A stretch of 64,000 nt of DNA, taken from positions 1 through 64,000 of the IMG/VR virus record IMGVR_UViG_3300037225_000932; one strand, 5' to 3'. This stretch comes from a virus. A program made the position numbers and the translations under genes. Below the pieces are notes generated by a model. It saw only the letters and a list, made by a program, of their open reading frames with translations, had not been told where the DNA came from and ran no database searches. Positions 10,959-20,714 of the stretch are shown in pieces (the stretch's first letter is position 1; each line of letters opens with the position of its first letter).

Positions 10959-12249
10959 ACCGTTCCTTAAAAAATTTTAAGGTTTTAATTATTAACCGCT
11001 AAACCTTCACCGTTTAGTTTTCTTAATGGATTAACAATTACTGGCCTTGCGGCAAGGCTCCTATCCCCTATTCCTAAGAACTCAGGGATTACTTTTCGTC
11101 CAATATTCAAACTCCCATTTATATCAGCATTTAAAGCAAATCCATCTTTAGTAACATAAAGACCACGATATTTTCTTTTACCAGAAAATTCAACTTCTTT
11201 TTCTCCATATCTAGGTAATGGATCATTATCATAGAAACTCGATTGCGAGGTATAACTTTCTTCTGTAAAAATAACTTCAATACCACTTATTTCTGCTTTA
11301 TATTTAATCTTTTCTAATAATAAAAATATTGGAATAAATTGAAAGTTTTGATTATTTCTTTTTCCTAAATTCATTTTAATTTTACATCCATCGTTTTTAC
11401 CGATAATTATTTTCCCTATTCCATATTTTATGCAATTTTCTACAATTATTTTACTAACATTATGAAAATAATTTTGAATACGAAAATATCGTTTTTTACT
11501 TCTTGTTTTACAGGGATTTTTATTATACCACTGATTTATACTCTTTATTATGTGACCATTGATCAATATTGAACGTTTTTGATCTAAAGTTATCGCACAT
11601 AAATTGTTTAATCCAATGTCAATAGTGCATATTTTGTTTTTATCTACTTTTTCTTTTGTATATTTTTTCTCTTTTTGGTCTTGAGTATCATATACTATTT
11701 CTATAATAAATCCAAAAGTTTTAGGAGTTATTATTACTTGTTTAAATTTTTTATCAGAAGACACCGAAAAACAATCATTAGTAGGCGTTATTTGTGTTAG
11801 TATTTTTTTCGATCTTCCTCCTTTTATCGTTTCTTTATCAAAAATTATTTGTGCCATTTTGTTTTTATATTTTGGAGGTTTAGGTTTTGATTTAAAAGTA
11901 TTTTTATCTTTTTTATAAGCATTTAATGATTTAAGAAAATTTTCCCAATCAGTCAAGCATTTTCTTATTGTTTGTTTTGCTGTTTTCGTGTTATGCAATT
12001 TTTTATAGCATTCAATGTTTTTTACCTCAGTCAATAATAACTTAATATCCGGAAGAGGATATTTATGTTCAAACCACGATTTTCTCATAAAATAATTACA
12101 ACGATTATATAATTCTTTAGAATAAATACATAGCCTAATAATATCTTTATTACCCTTAAAAAAATGTCTTTCAACAAGTATCATATACTATATATTGGGG
12201 TCCATCCCCAAAAATCCTTTAAGAAAAACAAAAAATCTTAAAAATTTAT
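10959..12249 (-). mobile_element. TnpB-only (IS200/IS605, IS1341-like) element flanked by a 7-bp direct repeat
   Basis: tctccca at 10952-10958 and 12250-12256; terminal hairpin ccttaaaa-aa-ttttaagg 10965-10982; splits the primase ORF. Confidence 0.8.
10985..12184 (-). CDS. tnpB: TnpB RNA-guided nuclease
   Basis: MILVERH..SKELYN..NY N-terminus; RuvC motifs TIDIGLNN, EESYTS, NADING. Confidence 0.9.
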   Translation of the reverse strand: MILVERHFFKGNKDIIRLCIYSKELYNRCNYFMRKSWFEHKYPLPDIKLLLTEVKNIECYKKLHNTKTAKQTIRKCLTDWENFLKSLNAYKKDKNTFKSKPKPPKYKNKMAQIIFDKETIKGGRSKKILTQITPTNDCFSVSSDKKFKQVIITPKTFGFIIEIVYDTQDQKEKKYTKEKVDKNKICTIDIGLNNLCAITLDQKRSILINGHIIKSINQWYNKNPCKTRSKKRYFRIQNYFHNVSKIIVENCIKYGIGKIIIGKNDGCKIKMNLGKRNNQNFQFIPIFLLLEKIKYKAEISGIEVIFTEESYTSQSSFYDNDPLPRYGEKEVEFSGKRKYRGLYVTKDGFALNADINGSLNIGRKVIPEFLGIGDRSLAARPVIVNPLRKLNGEGLAVNN

Positions 12250-12520
12250 TCTCCCATCCCCAAACAGCCTGCTGTTTATGTGTATCCATAATGTAAGTAT
12301 AATATTTTAGATCTTTTGGATCGTCTCCAGGTCTTTGTTTTTTCTCTTTTGTAGGATCGTATTTTTGATATCCAATCATTTTACCCGACAAATCAAAAAT
12401 TAAAAATGTAGCAATACCCGTCTCTTTATCAATAATTACTCTCGTAGTTTTTTGATCAAGCCCTCTATCTTTAAGGTGTTTTTCTATATCTATTACTTGT
12501 GATATTTTATACCAATTCAT
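12250..12520 (-). pseudogene. N-terminal part of primase-like gene (MNWYK leader)
   Basis: HLKDRGL..FDLSGKMIGYQKY..KYY..AVWGWE; the remainder of the called ORF reads into the IS end. Confidence 0.75.
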
Positions 12521-12527
12521 TTTTAAT

Positions 12528-13541
12528 CTAAGTCGTAGTTGTCGATGTAGTAAGAGTGGCTGGTATGGCTGGAGTAGATGTTAGTGTAGTCGTAGTGATT
12601 GCAGGTGGAGCTTTATCTATATTATCTCTAACCTGAGACACAATAGCCTCAGTGCTATCAGATTGTATAGTAGAAACCTTTCCAGGAACAGGTCCTTGTC
12701 CAAACATTTCCTTTCTAGCCACATCAGTTAAAAATGTCTTAACAGCCTCAGTTGTTTTTATTAATTCTAGAATAGCAGTATCTTTGGTCGCATCAGTTTT
12801 TTCATTTGTAGCAATTGTTTTATTTTTTTCATAAATTTGCCAAACAATTAATCCTATAACTATTAAAATTATACCTCCTATTATATAAGGCATAAAGTTC
12901 AGTATTTGAATTAAAAATATACTTAATCCCAATCCTACTGCACACACTATAGCTATACCAAAAGTCAATTTAGAGTTTCCCCAACCAGATAACGCCAAAG
13001 CACCACTTAACAACATACCAGAAAAACAAACAATACTTATCCAAATATATTTTTCTTTTAATGCCTGATTTGCACCCTCTTCAGCTTTTAACCGTAAAGC
13101 TTTTTCTGCTTCTGCTCGACCATTTTCACTCTTTAATTGATTTTTTATATCAATTACTTCTTTTTGAGTTATTGTTAATCTATCATCAAAACTTTTAATT
13201 AACATTAAATCTTTAGTAATAATATTTATATTTGCCAAAATATCATCTGTTTTTGATGTTATTTTTTGCCAAATACCATCAAATTGTGATTTAATTTGAG
13301 AAGGAGTAATAGTTATTCCGTCTGATACTGCCTTCTTTATATCAGATACATCCTGCACAATCTTAGAGTCACTATTAGAGGCATCACTAACGACTTTAGC
13401 AGACTCGCTAATATGATTACTTATATCATTTTCTGGTTCTGGAACATTAGTTAATTTTACAGACGGAGTATCTACCTTACATCCAAACATAAAAACAGAA
13501 ATAACCAATAATACTATTAAACTTTTTATATAATTAGCCAT
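12528..13541 (-). CDS. lipoprotein with coiled-coil region and C-terminal transmembrane helices
   Basis: Signal peptide with lipobox FMFG-C; hydrophobic segments around residues 165-235; Thr/Pro tail; SD ggagga. Confidence 0.7.
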   Translation of the reverse strand: MANYIKSLIVLLVISVFMFGCKVDTPSVKLTNVPEPENDISNHISESAKVVSDASNSDSKIVQDVSDIKKAVSDGITITPSQIKSQFDGIWQKITSKTDDILANINIITKDLMLIKSFDDRLTITQKEVIDIKNQLKSENGRAEAEKALRLKAEEGANQALKEKYIWISIVCFSGMLLSGALALSGWGNSKLTFGIAIVCAVGLGLSIFLIQILNFMPYIIGGIILIVIGLIVWQIYEKNKTIATNEKTDATKDTAILELIKTTEAVKTFLTDVARKEMFGQGPVPGKVSTIQSDSTEAIVSQVRDNIDKAPPAITTTTLTSTPAIPATLTTSTTTT

Positions 13542-13671
13542 TTTTGCTCCTCCTAAAAAGATGTTTTCTATACTTTTCTACTAAGAAAACATAGTTGTGT
13601 CCTCTATTTTTTTATCCTTTATTTTATCTATTATGAAGGGTTTTTTGTTTTTTACGCGAAAAATAACAAAT

Positions 13672-14771
13672 ATGAATTGGTATTTTCTACAAAAGATTGC
13701 TCAAATATGGGCACCTGAAAAGTCTCCGGCATTTATCAACGAGGTTGTTCGTTTATACAAATTGGAATATCAATTATCTATGATATCAAAAAGACCATTT
13801 ACAGGCCAAAATCCTCGCAGAAAAGAAAATATAATAAAACAACTTGAAAAAAATCTTTGGCAAGCAATAAATAATGTAAAACCTATTTTTATTAAAACGT
13901 TTGGAAATTGGCTAAAAGGACACGCCTTAACTGATCCAAATATGTGGGCAAATGAACTGTCAAAAAGACTTCCCGGGGAAGATGATCTTGGAGAAGATTA
14001 TTATAAAAAAAACTTTTTAGGAGCATTAGCAGGTTATTTACAATATACGTATGATGAATATCTTAATTCTAATGCAAATTCCACTGATAACCAAGGATAT
14101 TATAACTCAGGACATAAAGAAAATAAAACAAAATATAATAATATATATATATAGAGATTTTTAACACAATAGAAAAAAATATAGAAAACTTTCCATCATT
14201 TTTGAGGTTAAAAAAAGAACTAAGCGAAACTAACAATTATATGATAACCGAATTAGATGAATACGGATTAGAAGAATTTAATAAAAATTACAATACAGAG
14301 TTTCAAAATAAACAAGAAGCAACAAGTTTCGCAAAAGAGCAATACGAAAATATGGAGATTTCTGAACAATATGACCTTGATGATTTTATAGAAATAGCAA
14401 ATAATTATGGACTATTAACTTCTATAATGACTGAAATATACAGGAATATAATCTTCCCCTTATGGTATCAAAAATGGGGAGCAGAAGGTATTGATAAAGT
14501 AAGAGAAAATATAGAACAAATATATAAAGATTTACTAAATGCTAAAACGCTACAACAAAACCTAATAGCAATAAACCTAGTCGTTAATGCTACTCATATG
14601 TCAGGAAGAATGATAAATTATCTTGAAGATCCAAGTTATTCTGAAACGGAAATAGAAGACCCAGAAGAAGAATATTCTAAATCTATAGGACAAACACTAG
14701 ACGAAATTTCTGAAGGCAATTATAGTGATAATTGGAATAAACAGCTAAGAGATGTGGGAGTTGAAATTTGA
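13672..14771 (+). CDS. hypothetical protein with MNWY..KIAQ leader, split by a frameshift in a (TA)n tract
   Basis: ORF 13672-14154 stops just after atatatatatata (14141-14153); the -1 frame is open from 14142 into the 14202-14771 ORF. Confidence 0.65.
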
Positions 14772-15001
14772 ACTGGTATAAAAATAGTCTCGAACAAACT
14801 TTTAGCCAAATTAAAGGAATACTTTTAACTCTTCATTATTCCGATCCAGATTTAGATATATCAAAACTATCATTTGATCAAATTTTAGATTTAGTAAAAA
14901 GTCATAATCTCGTTCCAGAAAACATGACACCAGAAAGATTAACTACTATGATAAAGTTTTATTTAGATAAAGAAGAGGGAGAAATTTATGAACTGGTATA
15001 A
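14768..15001 (+). CDS. small protein with MNWYK leader
   Basis: TTG start overlapping the upstream TGA. Confidence 0.65.
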   Translation: MNWYKNSLEQTFSQIKGILLTLHYSDPDLDISKLSFDQILDLVKSHNLVPENMTPERLTTMIKFYLDKEEGEIYELV

Positions 15002-15581
15002 AGAATCTAAAAAAAAGAAGAAAGAAAAGAAATGGAACACTTTAGATACTCAGCTTTTATGCTGTGGGTATCCAGAAAATAAAAGAAAAGACCCCTACAA
15101 AAAGAACGCACAAAAAAAAGAAAATAAAATCTTATATGTAGCCAGAGGCATACCTGGTAGCGGAAAAAGTACATTAGCAAAAGATCTAGGTAAAAGTGGA
15201 CAGGTTTTTTCTTCTGATGAATTCTTTATGATAAATGGAGAATATAAATTTGATCCTAAAAAATTAAGTGAAGCTCATCAGTGGAACCAAACAAGAGCAA
15301 AAAAAGCAATGGAACAAGGAATATCTCCAATAGTAATAGATAATACCAATGTGCGTTTTTCCGACTTTAAAATTTATTTAATTTTTGCTAAACAATATGG
15401 ATATGAAGTTAAATTTGTTCAACCAAATTGGCATAAAGATTTATATACACCAGAAGGAAAATGGAACTTTAATTTTCTAAAAGGAAGAAATGTTCACGGA
15501 GTTCCTGACGAAGCCGTTAAAAGAATGATTGATAGATTTGAATATAATCCTACAGAAGAAAAAATATTAAACTCTAAATAA
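14988..15581 (+). CDS. P-loop polynucleotide kinase-like (AAA_33/N4BP2-type) with MNWYK leader
   Basis: RGIPGSGKST Walker A, IDNTN, RNVHGVP..RMIDRFE. Confidence 0.8.
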   Translation: MNWYKESKKKKKEKKWNTLDTQLLCCGYPENKRKDPYKKNAQKKENKILYVARGIPGSGKSTLAKDLGKSGQVFSSDEFFMINGEYKFDPKKLSEAHQWNQTRAKKAMEQGISPIVIDNTNVRFSDFKIYLIFAKQYGYEVKFVQPNWHKDLYTPEGKWNFNFLKGRNVHGVPDEAVKRMIDRFEYNPTEEKILNSK

Positions 15582-15584
15582 TAT

Positions 15585-16367
15585 TTATTTTATAGTATAT
15601 TTTTTATTAAATATATCTGCTAAAGTTAATCTTTCATTATTTAACTTAATTCTAGTTTGAGATAATTCTTTTTGTTTATCTATAATTTTAGATCTAATAT
15701 CACTGATTTGTTTGATAATCTCAATAATACTTGGATTTTTAGACAATTTTGACTCAAAATCATCTTTTATATTTTTTATTTTAATATTTATTTCTTTTAT
15801 TTTATTTAATACATCTACAGCTTCACTTATAGAATTTAATTCTTTGTCTTTTGTATTAGATATTTTAGAATCTATTTCTAATAGTTTATTAGAAACTTCT
15901 ATCTTTTTATTTTTATCAGGATTTTCTTCGTTTAAAGTTTCTTTTAAGTTATTTTCTATATCTTCTTTTTCTTTTAGCATTTTTATAAAATTATCATCTT
16001 TTATAAGTTTTTCAAAAACTATAACATTAAACTTTTCTAGTTTATCTTGAGCTTCTTTTAAACTGTTTTGGGACTTAATATAATCATCTGATTTTTCAAA
16101 TTCTAATTTTAGTTTAGTTATTATAAGAGATAATGAAACTTCAGCATCTGAAGAGTTTTTTAATAACATTGTAAGGTCTTTTTCTAAATTAGAGATATCA
16201 TTAGTAGTATTTTCTATATTTTTTTTAGCGTCTTCTACGTCTTTAGTATTGATATTGTTATTTGTGTTGTTTTTAGGATTTCTATTGGTATAATTTTTAT
16301 TATTTTGAGAATATAAAGGAGTAAAAGAAAATAAAAGTATTAAGATTGTAGATAGTATAGTTTTCAT
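15585..16367 (-). CDS. secreted coiled-coil protein
   Basis: N-terminal signal peptide, heptad-rich body. Confidence 0.65.
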   Translation of the reverse strand: MKTILSTILILLFSFTPLYSQNNKNYTNRNPKNNTNNNINTKDVEDAKKNIENTTNDISNLEKDLTMLLKNSSDAEVSLSLIITKLKLEFEKSDDYIKSQNSLKEAQDKLEKFNVIVFEKLIKDDNFIKMLKEKEDIENNLKETLNEENPDKNKKIEVSNKLLEIDSKISNTKDKELNSISEAVDVLNKIKEINIKIKNIKDDFESKLSKNPSIIEIIKQISDIRSKIIDKQKELSQTRIKLNNERLTLADIFNKKYTIK

Positions 16368-16443
16368 ATTTTATTATATACTACTAAAAAATAAATTTCC
16401 ATTTTCTTAAAGGAAAAATCATTAAAATTTATTATATTATTTT

Positions 16444-16839
16444 ATGAATTGGTATAAAAAATCTCAATATGAAGCTGATCCAGAAAAACCATTAAGAACA
16501 TTACCTAAAGGAAATTATTCTGAAATAGGACATGAAGGATTTTTTGACAATAAAAATAAGTATGAATGTGAAGAAATAAAATTATGGATTTATGATCAAA
16601 ATGGACTTAAAGTAATAGATGTTTCTAATGATCCAAAGAGATATCATGAAAGTGAATTTGGAAAATCTAGAAATTATTTTCCTAAAGGAAGATATGAAAA
16701 ATGTAAAAACATTAAAAAAGTTAGTTTAAGTATTCCTTATAGATCTCATAATTTTAGTAACGATGATTACATGAATATGATAGAAGATTTAAAAGAGGAG
16801 TTTGAGGTTTCTGAAAATCAGATTTTTAGAGCATTTTAA
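16444..16839 (+). CDS. hypothetical protein with MNWYKKSQ leader
   Basis: 131-aa ORF after an AAGG-type promoter motif. Confidence 0.7.
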   Translation: MNWYKKSQYEADPEKPLRTLPKGNYSEIGHEGFFDNKNKYECEEIKLWIYDQNGLKVIDVSNDPKRYHESEFGKSRNYFPKGRYEKCKNIKKVSLSIPYRSHNFSNDDYMNMIEDLKEEFEVSENQIFRAF

Positions 16840-16850
16840 TGTTATTTTAA

Positions 16851-16901
16851 CTGGCTTCGCCAGAGCATACGACAAAACAGGCTTCGCCAGTTTTGTCGTA
16901 T
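16851..16901. terminator. tandem hairpins between convergent units
   Basis: ctgg-cttcg-ccag then atacgacaaaac..gttttgtcgtat (12-bp stem); ggcttcgccag occurs twice. Confidence 0.5.
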
Positions 16902-16949
16902 ATTATTTAGTTCAGAAAAAGATTTCTTTTAAGTAAGAAAAAATATATT

Positions 16950-17320
16950 AGCGCACTTGCCCCCTCTCCTTAAATGGTCCTCCCCCATTAAGGGTAAAAT
17001 TTTTTATGATCAATTGTTAAGTAATTTCCAATTAAATTACTATTTGTTTATTTGGCACCGATGGCACTACCTTCTCTTTTGTGAGACTGGACCCAAAGAC
17101 CTTCATAGCCATCCTTGTCTTTGTTCTGTCACGGTAGCAACTGGGTTTTTACTTTTTGCTTTGTTTAGCATTATCGTACAAGAAGCACCAAATAAATAAG
17201 AACAACCTATTTTTTAGATAATGCCTAATTGAGAAATGTTTCTCTGTAGTGGCTTGAAATATCCTATTAGGATAATGTCGGCAACAATCCTACTTAAACT
17301 TTTGTCACTTGAAGAAAAAT
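16950..17320 (-). ncRNA. candidate structured non-coding RNA (family unknown)
   Basis: No credible ORF, raised GC, many complementary segments; the closing stem needs G-U pairs that exist only on the minus strand. Confidence 0.35.
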
Positions 17321-17322
17321 AT

Positions 17323-17667
17323 TCAATAACCGCAAATATTTAATTTCTTCGGAGATGTCAAATCGGGAAAATTGCTTGGTTTAGGACTATTAGGAACATC
17401 ATAATTACATAATATATTATCTGGACTTTGCGAAAAATTATAAAGCATTATTCTTTTTTTATATAAACAATTAAAATCTTGCCAACGATTAGTGTTTAAA
17501 TTAACTAAATCTTGAACTAAATAACTTATCATAAAATCTGGCAATCTACGAAAAATAGAACAATTATTAATTATACAAATAATTGTTAAATTATTAATAT
17601 CATCAATAGATAATAAATTTAAACAATCAAGAGTATATTTATTTAAAATATCAAGATCATCAGACAT
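17323..17667 (-). CDS. hypothetical protein
   Basis: 114-aa ORF abutting the upstream gene. Confidence 0.6.
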   Translation of the reverse strand: MSDDLDILNKYTLDCLNLLSIDDINNLTIICIINNCSIFRRLPDFMISYLVQDLVNLNTNRWQDFNCLYKKRIMLYNFSQSPDNILCNYDVPNSPKPSNFPDLTSPKKLNICGY

Positions 17668-17668
17668 T

Positions 17669-18280
17669 TTATATTATCCTTTTTGTCTCATTTATTATAT
17701 CCTTAACATTGTGTTCAGATTGGTACCAACCATTAGGCATATCAGATAAAAAATTATTTAAGTAATGGTCGTGAATTTTTCTCCAAGTTATTTTTTCGCT
17801 TGAAGTTTTTAATAAAGATCTTTTTATTTTTGTTGTATGTTCAGTATATTGTTCAGCTTCTTTTTTTAAGTCATCCCAATCTTTTTTGTTCTCTACAATT
17901 GGACCCCAGTGTAAAAGATGATTATCTGAAGAAATAGCCCAATGATCTAAATTATAAGTATTTATTTTAATAAAGTTTTTTGTAAAATTTATTGCTTCAG
18001 GATTAAATCCTTCTTCAACAAGAGTAGAAGAAGATATTTTTAATGGAGAATTTTTTCCATCAGAAATAGATAATAAATCGCCTGAATTAAATTTATTTAT
18101 TGCTATTATGTCTATATCTCGTATAATAAAATTTGGATTATTTATATTTAAAGCATAAGATCCCCACATTAAAACAGATTTTACTCCATTTATTTTTGAG
18201 ATATCATGTGCTATTTTAGAAATAAAAGGTTTTACATCTTTTATTTTTGGCATAGATTTTGTATACCAGGTCATTGTCAT
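17669..18280 (-). CDS. DNA polymerase beta-superfamily nucleotidyltransferase-like protein
   Basis: WGSY..IRDIDI (GS..DxD) motif; MTWYTKS leader. Confidence 0.6.
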   Translation of the reverse strand: MTMTWYTKSMPKIKDVKPFISKIAHDISKINGVKSVLMWGSYALNINNPNFIIRDIDIIAINKFNSGDLLSISDGKNSPLKISSSTLVEEGFNPEAINFTKNFIKINTYNLDHWAISSDNHLLHWGPIVENKKDWDDLKKEAEQYTEHTTKIKRSLLKTSSEKITWRKIHDHYLNNFLSDMPNGWYQSEHNVKDIINETKRII

Positions 18281-18363
18281 ACTTATATTATTAGCTAAAA
18301 AAATAAAAAATCATTTAATAAAAGGAGGGAAAATTACAAAAATTTCATAATAAATAAACTATA

Positions 18364-20142
18364 ATGATAAAATTAAAACAAGAAATTCATACAACAAACA
18401 AAGAACCAATAATATATCTGGTTGGAGATACTTATCCCATAAGAGACGTTATAAAAAGAATGAGTTTTGCCTGGTATGGGGCAAAAAAGATATGGTGGAA
18501 ATATAAAAAGAACATGAGTCAAACTCAATTTTTAGAAATAAAAAATTTAGGTTGGGATACTTCTGAAATAGATAGTTCTACAACTTCCCCAGATATTTCT
18601 ACCGTTCAGTCTGTTCAGCCTGAAATAAAATCTACTACTAAAAATATAACTAATAAAACAGATACAGAAAATGATGCTCCTTCTGAAAGATACTATGGAT
18701 TTAAAGTTAAAAACAGTATATATTCAACAGAATTTGAAGCAAATATAGACGGAGAAAAAGTTCTAATGAAAGTTATCGTTGACCGTTCTTACAAAAAAGG
18801 AACTAGAAAAACACCTCTTTATGTTTTTAATATATTTTTTGGAGATAAAAAAGTAGGAAAAATTGCTGAATTTTCTCCTTCTGAATGGGGAACTTATAAT
18901 GAAGATGATTTAGTATTAAAAATACCTCAAAGAATACAAGAGAGATTTGATACTAAAGAAAAATCAAAAATGTATTTAGCATATCAAACTCTAAAAAGAT
19001 TAGAAAAAAGAGATACTGAATTAACTACTTTCTTAAAAACTTGGGATGAAATAAAATTTGATAAAGATAAAAATGTTAAACAGTTTATTAAAACTAGAAT
19101 ACCTCCAAAATTTGTAGAATTATCTGAAACAGGATACGAAGGAAAGTATCCAATAGAACTTTATTTGTCTGGAACTAATGGTATAACATTTTATACAGGA
19201 TTAGAAGACTCTCAAGCTCCATATCACGAATATCTTGGAGATATGGCAATAACTTCTCATATATCTGATTTTGAACAATTAAATTCGGAAATAGATAAAA
19301 ATCTTAATGAGCAATTAGAAAATATAAAACAACACTATTTAAAATATTTAAAATCTTTTCCATTTTCAAAACAAGAGAAAGAGACCCATTCTTCAGAGAT
19401 GGAAGAAATAGTATCTTTTATCGGGAAAAATTTTAATGTAGAGTTTTTCAAAAACAAACTTATAGAAAAAGGTTTCGTAAGACCAAGCAAAAGAGGACCA
19501 AAAGGTATAGGAATGATGCCAGTAGAAGATGTAAAATATATTATAGATGACGCTTTGATAAGAAAATCGGTTTTCTCAAGAGACGCTAATAATTATCCTA
19601 ATTATTTTTATGCTGTATTAGCATATTATTTAATGAGAAAAGCAAGAAATATCACTTCTTGGTCAGAACCTTTATTAAGAATGAATATAGACAGTTGGAT
19701 GGAACTGGCAAAACGATATGGACACGACTTGAATTTTAAAGATGTAGATAAATACTTTGAACAGCTAGTTATTTTATTATATAAAAATATTTTTGGAACA
19801 GAAGCTCCAAAAGGACGAATGGAACAATTTACTGATTTTTATTCAGGAAATTGGGGAGGACAATCTTCTCCAACAGTAAAAGAACCTTCCGTTGGCAATC
19901 CTTTAGATAATTTTGCTCAATATGCTTCTACTTTGGGAATAAATATAGAAGAAGCAAAAAGATATCCAAGAAAAATATATAGTATACTTGCTACAAAATA
20001 TCATCCTGATGTGACACAGGAAGAGGATAAAGGAAAAGCAGAAATGATTTTTAAAGAATTATCACAACTTTATGAAAGAATACCAGAAAATTTAAAAAAC
20101 TTAAAAAATGCTAAAAACTGGTATAGGAGAATGAAAATATGA
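18364..20142 (+). CDS. large protein with C-terminal J (DnaJ) domain and NWY tail
   Basis: IYSILATKYHPDV..FKELSQLYE J-domain with HPD; ends AKNWYRRMKI. Confidence 0.75.
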   Translation: MIKLKQEIHTTNKEPIIYLVGDTYPIRDVIKRMSFAWYGAKKIWWKYKKNMSQTQFLEIKNLGWDTSEIDSSTTSPDISTVQSVQPEIKSTTKNITNKTDTENDAPSERYYGFKVKNSIYSTEFEANIDGEKVLMKVIVDRSYKKGTRKTPLYVFNIFFGDKKVGKIAEFSPSEWGTYNEDDLVLKIPQRIQERFDTKEKSKMYLAYQTLKRLEKRDTELTTFLKTWDEIKFDKDKNVKQFIKTRIPPKFVELSETGYEGKYPIELYLSGTNGITFYTGLEDSQAPYHEYLGDMAITSHISDFEQLNSEIDKNLNEQLENIKQHYLKYLKSFPFSKQEKETHSSEMEEIVSFIGKNFNVEFFKNKLIEKGFVRPSKRGPKGIGMMPVEDVKYIIDDALIRKSVFSRDANNYPNYFYAVLAYYLMRKARNITSWSEPLLRMNIDSWMELAKRYGHDLNFKDVDKYFEQLVILLYKNIFGTEAPKGRMEQFTDFYSGNWGGQSSPTVKEPSVGNPLDNFAQYASTLGINIEEAKRYPRKIYSILATKYHPDVTQEEDKGKAEMIFKELSQLYERIPENLKNLKNAKNWYRRMKI

Positions 20143-20453
20143 AAGTTATAAAAACCGCACAAATGACAATAAGAGATAGTCTTATAGGACTTTGGAAACA
20201 TTTTGTAGAAAATATTCTTTCTAATTCTTCATCTAAAGAAATAAAAATAGACAAAATAGATAATCTTTATAAGAGAAATTTTCTTGCTATATTTTATAAA
20301 CTAAAATTAAATGAAAAATATATATATGATTTTTTTAATGTTTATAGTCAAATAAAAAAAATTATAAGTACAGAAGAAATAGATAGCAAAAAAGATTATG
20401 CTTTAACAGAAAAATTTGAACAACTTAAAAGTATTATTAGAAATTTTGTTTAA
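20139..20453 (+). CDS. hypothetical protein with MKVIKTAQ leader
   Basis: ATGA overlap with the upstream gene. Confidence 0.7.
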   Translation: MKVIKTAQMTIRDSLIGLWKHFVENILSNSSSKEIKIDKIDNLYKRNFLAIFYKLKLNEKYIYDFFNVYSQIKKIISTEEIDSKKDYALTEKFEQLKSIIRNFV

Positions 20454-20516
20454 AAACTAACATTATATCACATAAAAGAAAATAGTTAAAATATTATTTT
20501 TTAATGGAGAATTTTT

Positions 20517-20669
20517 ATGCTACAAGACGATCTTCAGGATAAATTAAATAACTTAAGAAAAATTATAGAAGAAAATGGAATGAAAATTGAAGCTCAAATA
20601 GTTGGAGAATATGGAGGAAAAAATTACATAAATTTAGAAGACTGCGATAAATTAGTGATAACAAAATAA
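20517..20669 (+). CDS. small hypothetical protein
   Basis: SD ggaga; MLQDDLQDKLNNLRKIIEENG.. (50 aa, below the ORF-track cutoff). Confidence 0.55.
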   Translation: MLQDDLQDKLNNLRKIIEENGMKIEAQIVGEYGGKNYINLEDCDKLVITK

Positions 20670-20714
20670 AAAAGAAGGATTTTTACACAAAAAAGTAAAC
20701 AATCAGAATGAGAA

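Noticed and set aside
14152-14154. TAG read-through joining the 13672 and 14202 ORFs
   Set aside because: The ORFs are in different frames, and read-through meets two more TAGs and a TGA; a (TA)n indel explains the break.
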